The notes under the pieces: generated by a model
Databases searched by the model: none
What the model saw: the letters and a program-made list of their open reading frames with translations, nothing else
Told to the model about the DNA's origin: nothing
From: Blasia pusilla
Taxonomy: Eukaryota
Direction: 5' to 3'
DNA length: 64,000 nucleotides
Assembly: GCA_050084515.1 (NCBI GenBank)
Contig: CM114271.1
Location: forward strand, 27,714,001 to 27,778,000
Made by a program: the position numbers and the translations under genes
Shown here: in pieces, positions 36,331 through 48,629 of the stretch
Layout: the number at the start of each line of letters is the position of its first letter
Position numbering within the stretch: the stretch's first letter is position 1

Positions 36331-38541
36331 CCTTTCAATCTCGCGAGTAATCCCTCAATCACTCAAACTTAACATGCGGCACTCAATCTACACTCTCTCA
36401 CTGAGACGTGTGCTGTGCAGCAACAAGCAGTGTGGTGTGGAAAATCACTAATCTATCGTCTCATCGATAAACCATCTCAACTCTGGACATCCCACACAGG
36501 TCTATGTCCCCTAAACCCATACTTCACCGATGCTCTCAACATCAGCACAAAACCCAATATCCCAAATAACTTCCCAATACTTGGAAATCCCTCACACGTG
36601 CAGGGTAAGAGATCAGAATGGGTAACCTGACAATAATATCGATGTCGCTCCTTGACAACTATAAATCTCGACCCCAACTCGGTCGTGAAGACAACTCCTC
36701 CAATAAGCAAGTCGTACTCCTCTCGTACCAACGCTGCTCAAACCTCCTCGATGTGCGGTGCAGGTCTAGCGGTCTAGTGCAACACTGGCAGCACGGAACG
36801 GCTACAAACGGCATGGCACTTGGGAATGGGGTGCGGCACTCGGCGCCATACCCTCCTTAATCACCAATTCACACTCTCAACTCCTTAATGAAGGAGCGGC
36901 TTTGCAAGATGTTGCGGTGCGGCCACGAGCGGCACGGCGAGGCAATCGGCGGCGCGTTGCAGCTACGGGCGTCACGACACGCTACTCGATCATCGTCGAG
37001 CGGCTACCAATCACAGCATAGCAGCATGAAATGAAAACTCAAACACCATAACCCGAGGTCACCTACCATCACTAGTTGATGACGAAATTGCAATGACAGT
37101 GGCGGCCTAAACAAAGTATGTGATGGCAACCCAAGTCAGAGAATCAACGGTCATTGTGGAAGACCCTCCACTCCGTAATGGCGGTAATGGCAACCAAGGG
37201 TCAATGGTGGAACGCGGATCTGAGCAGCGCTAGGCGGCCGCGGCGGCCGACGATGGACCGCTGATGGTGACGGTGGACCGTTAATAGTGACGGTTGACCA
37301 TGGATGGTGACAGTTGACCGCCGACAGCGGACCGTTGATAGGGACTCTGACGGGGACAGCCGCCGTCGGCGCGGCGGGTGGCTTAGGGTTTGAACAATTT
37401 AACCCTAAAAATCACCTAGCAATGGCAACTTTGCAAGATTGATCATAACTTTTTGATCACAACTCCAAATTGTGCACCGTCTATTGCCCAGCGTGCATAA
37501 CTTCACGATATACGACGGTGTCTAAAAATATTTTGAATCGGACATTACAGTAAAAACTGAAAGGGACTATCGTAAAGCCCAACGTCTCTTGCTCTTGCAA
37601 AAATTTTGGCAGCGCTTCCGCGCTGATTTCTCTCAACTAAAATGTAAAACTTGTGAAAATAAAAATCAACAAGCTACATGGTGCTCCCAAGAGCACTAGC
37701 ATGGGGAAATTCGCCCCAACACTCAATACCTATCAAAAATTGGGGAGCGCTTCCGTCCGCCCAAGAGCGCAACACCTGATGTAGGGGAAAGCTTCATTCA
37801 GAGGATTGGGTTTGACGAGAGCCGATGTGGAGCCTTGTCCATTCCGGATACAAACATCCTTGGGTGGAACGAGTACCACACAATGTATCAAGGAAATATT
37901 AAAAATGAGCAGCTCCGACTCCGATGAGCACTCCCATGATCCACTCAACAGGGAATACGATCCCCAACCTGCAAAACCAGCGAGCTCCCCCATGAAGCTC
38001 TCTCACTCATCTCATCCTCTCTTTGTAAATCAAGAGCCAATCTCTCTCAACACCATAGCTCTCAAATGTGTGGACTCTCACATGTCTCTGTCAATGTCAA
38101 ACCCACTCTCCTAATGAGAGGCTTGGGTTACACACACAAGACAAGCAAGACCATAGCTCCGCCTGTCTCATACCAAGAGGTTCAACAAAGGGAGAATGAG
38201 CTCTCAAGTTCTCTCTTCTTAAGGTATACCCCTCCCCTCTCCCAAGCTCTCTCCATGCTTACTTATGCTCCCAAGTCACCTCCTTCGCTCTTGACCTGAT
38301 GTAGGAGGTCAATGGATACTTATCAAAAATAGAAAGTTGACCATATACTCAAAATGGTGCTTACCTAAAATAGTAAGCTTTTCAATATGGCTCCAAATGA
38401 GCTGAAACGAAGGGGAAATCTGCTCTCTCTAGTTTCCCGGAGCCTCAGCACGTCATTCTTGACCTCCTAAGGCTATCCTCCACTACTCGCGAAGACGCTC
38501 TATTAGATCTCACCGATCTATCATAAAAGACGTGACAGAGG

Positions 38542-40200
38542 TGTCGCCCTATAGAGTCATAGGGTGGACCCCTCCGCAAATTATAGTATAGATAAACCTA
38601 CAAGTTAGATCGATGGAAATGAAAATATTTCACAAATGAAGAATATAATGAAACCGTTACATACTAGTAATTTTTTGCCCAGGTAACTCGAGGTGAGATG
38701 ATTGGGAATGAAAAAACTCACGTTATGGAAGATGATAATGTGAAATTAGAGAATACAATATATAAAGTTTAATTTTGAAAAAGATAATAAAAAATAAGAA
38801 AGATCAATTTTTTTAAATACATCTAATTCCGCTGAAAAATAGTTTTCATAGATTTTCCCTTATGAATTTTGAAAAAAATAATTTATCCCTTTTCCAGTCC
38901 CGTCTTTCAATAAATAAAAGGAAATCACCTACTTTGATGATTTTTTTTCCCAAAAGAGGGATTACATTTTCCCCCAATCTAACTAGAAAGTTAGAAATAA
39001 ACTAGAAACAATATTTCTTCCCTAGAATAATTCTTGTCCCATTAGTGTCATATTATCCTTTTCTTTTTTCCCCAAAAGAAAAATTAATTTCCCCTCAAAA
39101 CTAATCTTTTAATTTTGTTTACATGAACCTTGAAAAAATAATTTGAAATTTTCAAATGAGGAAAGACTAAAAAATTTGAAAAAGACTCTAAAGATTTCAT
39201 CAGGGAAGGTATTTGAATTTGAGTTAATTATAAATAAATAATTATTATGAAAACCTTACCGTTCTTGTTTTCTGCTCAGTATAGGGTAAAATTAAAACAA
39301 TTCATCGACAAATTTGATAGGGGATCTCAATTAGTAAAAAAATTCACTCATTTTGATCCAAAGTTTGTCTCAAAATATGCTATGACTTCTAAAGTACTAT
39401 GTAATTTTTCTTTTTAAGTTTTTTCCCTTAATGTTTAAATAATAATTTTAATTTCTAAAATGAAAAAATAAAATGTCAATGAAAAAGAGATAAATTTTTT
39501 TTGGATTTAAATGTATCTTAAAACAAAAAAAACTAATTATTATTTAAAAAATTTCTTTTCTATTCAAATCATAGCTTAGTATAGGGAAAATTAAACAATA
39601 ATTGGATATCTTACGAGCTTCACACATGGCGTTTCCTTGGAGCTTCTTAGCAAAGGGCTAACGCCCTTAATAGTATGATGACACATGTTGAAATAATAAA
39701 GATAAGTTTTCCTTAAAGATCTCTACTTTTCCACCCCCATCTCTCAATTAGTAAAAAGAAATCACTCATTTTTTAACCAAAATTGTCTCAAAATAGTACT
39801 TACAAATCCCTCACAATTAAAGCTTAAAAGAAAGAAATTAAAATCATATTCACATTTTTGAAAAAAAAAATTTAAACTATTTTATTGTTAAAATTTTTAT
39901 AAAGCAATATATTTCCCTTCCAAAATTAACTCAAAATTAAAATTTTATGTTTTTTCCTAAATATTTATAGAAGTAATTTAGTTTTTAAAATGAAAAAATT
40001 TATCATGAGAAAGGCTCACAATATTTTTTTGTTTTTAAAATAGAAATAAATTTTATTTTAAAATTAAATCATATTAATTATTAAAATGTCTTTTCTATTC
40101 ATGTTTTGGCTTAGCATAAGCAAAATTAAACAAAAATTGAAAGGCTTCACAAGTGCCCTTCATTGGGAGCATTGCTAACGCCCTTAATAGTATGATTATA
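38542..40200. repeat. AT-rich Helitron-like repeat region with internal duplications
   Basis: Continues the 27485-27864 repeat. Homologous to 9830-10500. CTAACGCCCTTAATAGTATGAT occurs at about 39658 and 40174. Confidence 0.55.
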
Positions 40201-41590
40201 CTCATTGCCTATAATGGAAAAGAGATAAGATAATTTGTAAATTACACATGAATATGACACAAGTGTGAAAATTGTAAGATGATACTATTCAATAAGAATG
40301 AAATTAATTTATTTCATGCATAAAATATACATAGCCTAAAAATGTGAAGTTGCATATCAAAATGAAATGATATCGACACCTTTTACATTTTTGGATTGAA
40401 ATACTTTGAGAATAAATTTTTAAAATATTTGTGATCTAACCGAAGATCTGATCTATATTGAAATCAACTCGTACATCTCTTGTTTGAACATGCGTATGGA
40501 GAGTCCCAACGGGTCTTTCGCTCGGGTGTTTTGGTACCTCGGTCGTTCACGTAGACTCAATATATAGCAACAAATAAAGGCAGGGAATGAACGGGTGTAC
40601 GGGCTATAAGCTTTAGGTGGGCCCGCACCAAGCCCACATTGGCATGTAGCCCTACGTAGGCCATGGGCCGCTGCGAGTGAGGTGGGCTTGATGCAAGGCA
40701 GTGTAGGCTTTAGAATGGGCGTCGAGTCGTTCGATTTAATGCGGACTAGCCAACCTTGGATCTACGTTGCGGGTTGTGCGAATCAAGGCCCACGTGGATA
40801 TATCCGTCCTTCAGATGGACATAAATCCGCGGACACAATTTTTTTCCGTGTGCAACCTTGATATATCCCTATTGGTTTACAAGCTTAAGGACTCCGATTG
40901 TAAAATGCTCCCCCTCTCATTGAGACTTAAGTTCCTCTCCTTCCATACCTTCCCCAAACATAGTGCACTTGCATTACCAACCAATGGTTACCAAAGATAG
41001 CATTAAAGAAATCCATTTTCCTAAAAGTGAAGAGATATGTATTATGCATCAAACCATGCATAGTAGAAAGAAAATGGGAAAATTTTCACCAAGGGATTGC
41101 TTCATAAAGTTTGTCTTCTAAAAAGAGAACCTTCCTTTAAAGCAAGGGAGATGCAAAATCCAATAGGGGAAGAATGAATAAGAGTCTATAGATGCTATCC
41201 ATTCCTAAGGAGGAAGCAAAATAGTCATCCATCTCCATCTTCTTGGCTTCGATCGTACCTAGCTTCTTATGAGGAAATGCAATAGACCATATGAGAGGGG
41301 AGGAAGGGATAGATGTACAAAGCAAAGGTAAGGACATCCCCTCTATATTCCAAGGTGGTGGAGGGGCCAAATGATACATGAAAATTTTCCACATGCACAT
41401 ATATGGGACAAAAATGTTGTTCCCGTGCAAATTTGGTGGGATTCCATGTGTACAGAGAGCAACACTAATCCATGGAGGATTCCCTTACTCATACAGATCT
41501 ATATGTGAGGTGGGAGGTTGACATGGTGATGGTTGATATTGAAGTTTTGGATCCTATGTGAAAGTCAATCCAGACACCAATGGTAGACCG

Positions 41591-42615
41591 TGTCGTGTGC
41601 CTACTCCCCTCGAACGTCAATCTCTAGTGTTGCGAAAGCGTACGTTCAGTAGGACACGCTCTCATCGTGGATCTGTACCCAAACACACTTACATTAGTCT
41701 GGTTTGGGTCAACTGGCCATCCAACCCACCAAGTCCTCAACTCGGCTTCTCGTCAAGCTCAACCTTCCCTCATTCTTAGCTTTCCAACCCATGCAAGTCT
41801 TTCGAGACTTGGGACAAACTTTTTGGTTAGTCAAGGCACCTAAAAACAACCTTTGCACTCCTAGCGGTCCCAATTGTCCAATGGACCTTGAATGAGCTCC
41901 CAAACCAAGACCCAAAAATATGAGTTGCGGGTTGGAATCCAATAGGGACCTCCGAAATCCACTCTATTGCACTTGGTTCGGGTTTTGAATCCCAAAGCTA
42001 AAACTCTCGACCATTCCGTGCCCTCGAGTCGTCCTGCGGCGCCCAAAGTGGGGTTCGAGTCCCAAGCACGTTTGGAGACCTTCCCCTTACTAGCACTTCA
42101 GGGGATCTCTACCCTCCCCCTACCTTTGGGGAAGAGGCATCCAAGGCCCTCTCTTTGGCCCTCAACCCAACTCCCCATATAGTCCTTTTTGGCAAATATC
42201 TCACCCTTTGCTTGAGCGTTTGCCACGATCTTTGATGCGTTGGAACCGGCTTTGCATAACCTTTCAAATGCCTCCTTTTTTGTCCCAAATGTATCTCAAG
42301 ATTAAAATTAATGGTCGAAAATAGAGTAAAAAATCCCAAACACTAGCCACGTCCCAATTCTGGTTCTCACCCCTTGGCCACGTCTCATCATAGACTTGAG
42401 TCCTCTCAAGTCTCAGTTCGCGTTTGGTTCCGGTTTCCTATTTGAGACCATAAACGTATCAAACACTCGGAATGCTAGGCTCGCTGACATCTCACACTTA
42501 TGTTTCCTAACTTGTCTCCTCTTGAGACTTCTCCAAAGCACAAACCATCCTAGCGTTAGCCCGCTATAGTCCAAATGTTCCGCTTGGCACTCGTTTGGTA
42601 ATAAGGGTGGCGACA
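41591..42615. mobile_element. Candidate solo LTR (about 1025 bp) with TGTCG...CGACA ends
   Basis: Inverted termini resemble those of elements 1 and 3; non-coding. No clear TSD (ACCG versus TCTG). Confidence 0.4.
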
Positions 42616-43675
42616 TCTGTGGTAGCAGAATGGAGTTTGCTACAAAAAGTAGCAAACTCCATTCTGTTACCACAGATGTCAAGAATGACAAGAAAAAAGA
42701 CTAAGCTTTATGGGACATAAAGCTTATCTTACCTCACCAAGAACATAAGTAAGATCAGCCAAAACTAAAGAAAATTAACTGCCAGGAAGAGGGACTCTAA
42801 CAACGACATTTCCCACAACTTTGGCCCATTGTAGAACCCAATTGACTTGATCATGCTCCAAAGCAATGGAGATTCATTATCTACAATTTAAGAACATTGT
42901 ACCTAAAAAAAACCTATTTCTTGAGTGAAGCAGATGGGCACACTTGGCAAGAAAACAACTAATGGGAAGGTGTCCTTTGTGAAGTGAGGTAAGATTTTTG
43001 AGAGCTCCTCTTTTTTTCTTTAGTTTTTACTGAGTGTGGCGTTAGTGTTCCATAACTCTCCAATTCTCCCCTTCTTGTACTACCACAAGGTTCCCCCATC
43101 TTCTTTTTTTCTTAATATAATGTGTTCCTTTTTTTAGGTAGGTAGGCGAGATTACAATTGTGACATTGAAGCCTAGAGGGCTCCTTTGTGATTCCTATTT
43201 TAGGAGGTCATGATGACCTATTATTTGATGGCTTGTTTATCAATAGCACCTTTTGCCACAAGAGGGAGAAACCTTGTGTGTTTGATAAAAAAAACAAATT
43301 GTGGGTATGTGTTGGTAATACCACTTGGGCTTAAGGGTATGTGTCAAAAGGAGCTTAATATTATAGTTCTCAAATTTTGGTTGCTATGAAGAGGACCATG
43401 GATAGTGTTGTGATGAGATAGAGCAACAAACTGTACTCTATATCCTTTGTGACGTATTGTTGGTGGGTTATGTGGATAACGTTATAGAAAAAGTGCTAAA
43501 GAAGCAAACTGGATGGAATACGGCTTACATGTACACACTATCATTGAGAACCAAATTTTGCAATGAATGAGGACTATTGAAGACTGAGTTATAATCAAGC
43601 TTATCAAACATACAAACTGCTACATTGATACTCATACAAAGCAGGAAAGCTTAATCTTGGTTAGTTAGTTAGGCA

Positions 43676-46245
43676 CAAGGTTGCACACAGAAAAAGTTCG
43701 TGTCCGTGGACATGTCCATGTCTGCAGGTTTATGTCCGTCCTATGGACGGACATGTTTGTGCAAGCCCAAGTATCCGTGGGATGCACCCTAGCCCGCACC
43801 TGTTGTGTGGCCCGCAGCCCTGCGTGGGGTGGGCTCGGTGTGGGCCTCGAGCTCGCCTTGCGGGCCCTGGGTGTTGCCTTTCTTTATATACTTAGAGATA
43901 GATATAATGAAGATAAATTAGTTCTACCAATCTTGAAACCATCTGTCCTATTCTCATAGCATGAGAGGATCTTCTTTGGGCTCTAATGTTCTTATCTCAT
44001 CTATCACATCTATCCCCAATCTCATCGTTATCCTACTTTTCACCAACCTATGGCCCCACTCTCATCTTTATCTCATGTAGTTTTTCTTTTCTATTTTTTC
44101 CTCTCTTCGAACCATTTACCTCCACATGTTTGTGTCGACCCTCGCCTTTTCTTTTTTTTGTAGAACTAGTAAATCCGCGACTTGAGATTACTAATGGTTG
44201 GCGTTTCCCTAAGGTCCCCCTTCTTCGTCATCTTCATGCATGTGTCCTCCTTCAAGATGATTTAGAGGGTGACGATATGGCCTATTTTTTGAGCCTACGA
44301 AAGCAAAAATTCATGGCTATATGACCATATCTATCACACTCAAAATATTGTCGTGTATCTCTTCGGAATTCAAGTTCTCTCCCTTCTCTAGGAACCCTAG
44401 GCTTGTTGTTTGGAAGAGCGATCCCTTGTATATTAGGGTTCCGATCTCTCTCTATAGGCACCCTTCCATTAAACCTTCGTGGTGCATAACCATCTCATGC
44501 TTGAATGTTACTCAACTCCATGGGTGTGGGTCTATATATAGTGGTTATTCATGGAAGAAACCACCTCTCCTCCTCCTTCATACACATTTGCCATAGGTTG
44601 GGCATATTGGATTGCTTCATTGATATCCTTCAAGTTATCATGAATTACTTCTTGACGCACCTTCCTCTTCAAACGTCTTTTAAACAGATCGAGGGCTTCT
44701 CCCCCACTCATGTCGTGGATTTCTATCCATAAGTCACAAAACTCGTTGATGTAGTCCTCCATACTACCTTTCTGCTCCAATCACCATACTCATTCTAGCA
44801 CTGAGAATAGGATCCATAGCTTGGAATTTTTGCGATGACCCTTGTTTCATTTGGCTCCATGTGATTTTTTGACTTATTTTAATCAAGGATCTCTCCCATC
44901 CTTGAAACCATGTCAATGTTTGATATGTTAACTAAGATCTTACAAACATCCTTGCAATATAATCATTGATGCTGAAAAGGTAAAAATGGATTTCCATACT
45001 AGTGATCCAACCCTCTAATATTCCCATGATTCGACTTCCTTTGTACAGTTCTACCTTGCATGCCTTCGTTATTTTCAATATCAATGATGCTTGGGCATTT
45101 ATCTCCATCACTCTTTGTGCCACATGGGCCTCCAATGCTCGTGCCTGTACGAACATTTCCTCACTCTCTTCAAAAGTCAAGGCACTCGTGGTTTCCATCT
45201 CTATCCCATTCCGTAAGAAGAACTCTTTCTCTCTCTACTCTCATATTTCTGGTTGAAGCAACTTCTTGGGCTAATTCTTGGACTTGGTTCTCACTTTGAT
45301 CATATGAAACTCTCAACTCTCTCAATTCACGAATCGTATCTCTCAAAGTTTCTTCCATCGTCACTCCGACTAGTTGATGTTAGAAAGCATGATTGACTCC
45401 TATAGTAAACCAATAGGTTTAGATGAAATGGGACACAATTGCTTCAGGTTTCGTAATATGGTTGAATGAGGATGGCATCTCATCCTTTGCACCAAGCACA
45501 AGTCGTTAGACAAGATTAGGAGGACTTAAGTCATTTTGGAGTCAAGGGTACTTATAACTTTATTCAAATTCTGAATTCTTGTTGTGGTATTCATATTAAC
45601 GTTAAGTAATTTGTAACCGCATGCATAGTTCGTGAAAGGATATGAGCATCCTCCAATACTTTGACACCACACTTGCATCCTTTATTGATCATGAGATTAA
45701 GATATTTCTCCAATTTAGACTTTGTAGGGCCTTTATCATTCACAAGACGCCATAGTTGATTCATGTTGGTCATGGTAGAACAATTCTCCAAGTATAGTGA
45801 GTTGACGGTGTTGTGCAATAGATGGAGCAAGGAAGCGGCTTATACATGACTAAGTTTTGAGTCAAGTTGACGCAATAAAAGAGGTTTTGACTAACAAAGG
45901 TATTGATTTCAGCAATCACTTGCGAACATTAAGTGATGAGCAAGGTTGCACGGAAACGGACAAGTCCATCCATGAGACGAAGAGGACAGGGTCTGCCTGC
46001 AACCCGCCATCCGAGGTGCAAGCGGGCCTTGCGCGTGCCGTGAGCCCGCCCCTAGCCCACTATATGGGCTCCATGCAGGCCTGCCGCGAGTCGCGTAACG
46101 GGTGCGGGCTCCGTCAGCCCAGGTCTCGGTGGCAGGCTGTGGGGTGGGCTCGGGTGCCGGCCGCAGCTACCCGGGCTTGCACGGACATGTCCGTCCATAG
46201 GACAGACATATCCGCGGACGCGGACTTTGTTTGTGTGCTACCCTG
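43676..46245. mobile_element. TIR DNA-transposon remnant(s) with hAT-like CA(A/G)GG ends
   Basis: CAAGGTTGCACACAG...GTCCTATGGACGGACATG (43676-43780) is an imperfect inverted match to 46168-46245. Related ends lie at 40860 and 45941. No TSD found. Confidence 0.55.
44280..45364 (-). pseudogene. gag: Degenerate gag of an unrelated Gypsy element
   Basis: Coiled-coil N-terminus, LEGWITSMEIHF, LEQKGSMEDYINEF...ALDLFKRRLK, degenerate knuckle FECDRYGHIA. Confidence 0.7.
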
Positions 46246-46339
46246 CTAACAAGGCATGTATAGATCATTGTACAACTTCTTGAAATTATCCAAAGGTTTG
46301 GTTGAGATAGTGACATCTCCAAAATGTCCTCTCTACAAT

Positions 46340-46925
46340 GCATTTCCTCGACATCAATTTTCACCATATTCTTTGCTCTATGGGAGAGAACCACATCTAC
46401 CATCAACTACTTATCTTGATATATTTGAGATACTTAACCTTGATGACTTGGAGATATGTACAAGAGCTTGCTTTCAATGAACAAAGCTATTTTGGAGAGT
46501 TATGCCAATGATGTTTAAGAACTTGTCTATTGCTTACCATTGCAATATATTGAGGTATGCAAACATTTGGTGAAATGGTTATCAACAAGACATTAGGAGG
46601 TTTCATTGGACATGGCAATTACATGCATCATTATTCGTGTGTAAGAGATGATGCCTTCATAGGTCCTCATTTTGGAGGGTTGTTATATTACTGGTTGTAA
46701 AGGCCGTTTGCATAAAGGTGTATGATGTCATGATTCAATCATTGATGGGAATGTTTACCCAAGCTTGGCAATGCTTCCTATAGGTGTACCATGCATACTG
46801 AGTGGGTCTATTAGGGAAGTAACTAGTATATGATTGATATTCAAGAAGATAACATATTTTGTGTTCGGAATGATATTTTGAGTGCATTTCTTTAGAACAT
46901 TAGTTTTGTTTCCTATGTACATAGG
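46340..46925 (+). pseudogene. Ancient relic of the same integrase-PHD C-terminus
   Basis: FSPYSLLYGREPHLP...LNLDDLE...RVMP aligns with element 1 7050-7667 and ends in CCTATGTACATAG (compare CPRCT*). Confidence 0.75.
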
Positions 46926-47611
46926 TTTGATGGATAGGTTATAAGATGACTTTTGTTGTAATGGATTGTAAGAAAGATGCTAACGATAAGGTTACACACA
47001 ACCTTAGCTCCCTATCCCCACACCAAAAAGATACATACCATTTATTTTTTGGGTAGTTTTTTTAAATCAAGAATATAAAGGGAAATTAGGCATGTCGAGC
47101 TGCTTATGTAACGAAGTATACCCGGGCCTTAGACATGTGTGATGACAACTATGTGATCTACATTTGCACAACACTCTAGCATTGCCCAACCAAGGCACCA
47201 CAAGGTTGGTGTTTAGTCTATGATTTTAAGGCGATGACAAATGCTACTTTATAAATACTATATCTTTCTCTAGAAAAATTCATTGAACATTGTGCCACAT
47301 ATTGCAAAATGGAGCAGTTTTCTCCCCCACATTCAAAGTGATTGACTTCTAGAAGGATGCTCCAAGGAGATGGGAAAATTCGAGCTTTGGGATCATATCT
47401 AAAATATGAGAAGTAAATGGCTCACCTTCAACATAGACCATTCATCCACCCACAAAGAATACTAGATATTTCATAGTTTTTCTCATAGGTTAGATGGGTT
47501 AAAAGAGTCCAAACTTTTCATAGATATAAGGAAATTCTTGCAGAAATACTTGAAACCCGGCACTTTTTTTATACATAGTGCCATCAATCTCCACTTTTCC
47601 TAAATGCAAGG

Positions 47612-47769
47612 CAAATCATGTCTAACAGAGGATGATGGTCCACTTAACTCAAGATATGTGCTTTTACTTTTGAAAGACCTAGTCCCTCCACAAATCATGT
47701 CTAATAGGGGATGATGGTCCACTTAACTCAAGATATGTGCTTTTACTTTTGAAAGACCTAGTCCCTCCA
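47612..47769. repeat. 79-bp tandem duplication
   Basis: CAAATCATGTCTAA...AGTCCCTCCA occurs twice, with 2 mismatches. Confidence 0.9.
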
Positions 47770-48629
47770 CGAGAGGGACAACTAGAAATTGTAGGTTGGA
47801 TAGGAACATGTGGACTTGGGCATGCAGGATGGTCTTCAGGGCATCCAAGCCATACAGGTGCTAGCGGTTGGTATCTTGAAGGTGCTTGCACAAGCGCAGA
47901 AAATCACACATCAGGCTTACCCAATGGGCATATGAAAGGCTTGCATTCTATACAAGGTTATGGCTATCTATAGGTTACCAGAGACTAATGAATATGTATG
48001 TGACATGCAGTTTGTTGTATAGTTCTTAGCACCCAGCTAGGAGTATACACAATTTCTCCCCATACATTTCACCCCAATCATGTTGCCATCCTAAAAGTAA
48101 TGGATAGATCAAGTTAAATATGAAGTACATGTTACCTGAAGATAGGCTTTCATTCATATTGATAGCTAAAACCGTGGCGGAATTAGTACCACCTGAAAGT
48201 AGAAAGAAAATTTCATTCTCCCTACTTGGAAGGACATAATTTTCTGGACAATCCCCTACTTAAAACTAAATTCTGATCTCTCCCATAAACAATCACCCAG
48301 ACAAAGAGCGTTTTGAGGTGATTCCAGTGGTGCACCTCTGACAAGAATCTTTGAGAAATGTCGTCGTCAGAATTTTGGCACCATGGTAAGTACACATACT
48401 TTAAGGAATACTGCCCTTAACAGCTCACCAACAATCCCAGAGAATCAAGGACAGATCTCGAATGACTCAGGACTCGGCCAGTGAGCAGACCAGATTTGTC
48501 TTTAGGCATCTAAATTATCCACAATTTCAGAGTTCACCAGTACACTCAATCAGCAATCCTATATATTCACCGTGCAATGCATGCAACCATAGAGACTCAG
48601 AACTCTTTGTAACCCATATTTGCAAATTC

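Larger units (their letters stand above)
27865..38537 (-). mobile_element. Element 3: full-length, decayed DNMT/PHD Gypsy-type element with split direct repeats (different family from element 1)
   Basis: 5' end TGTCACG at 38537. A1 38026-38537, B1 28487-28597, spacer 28485-28486, A2 27970-28484, B2 27865-27970. GAGG on both sides (27861-27864, 38538-38541). The terminal base of B2 deviates (GACT instead of GACA). Confidence 0.93.

Noticed and set aside
43100-43600. Possible protease relic of the same lineage
   Set aside because: Only a faint DVL-VG-like resemblance; too degenerate to support.
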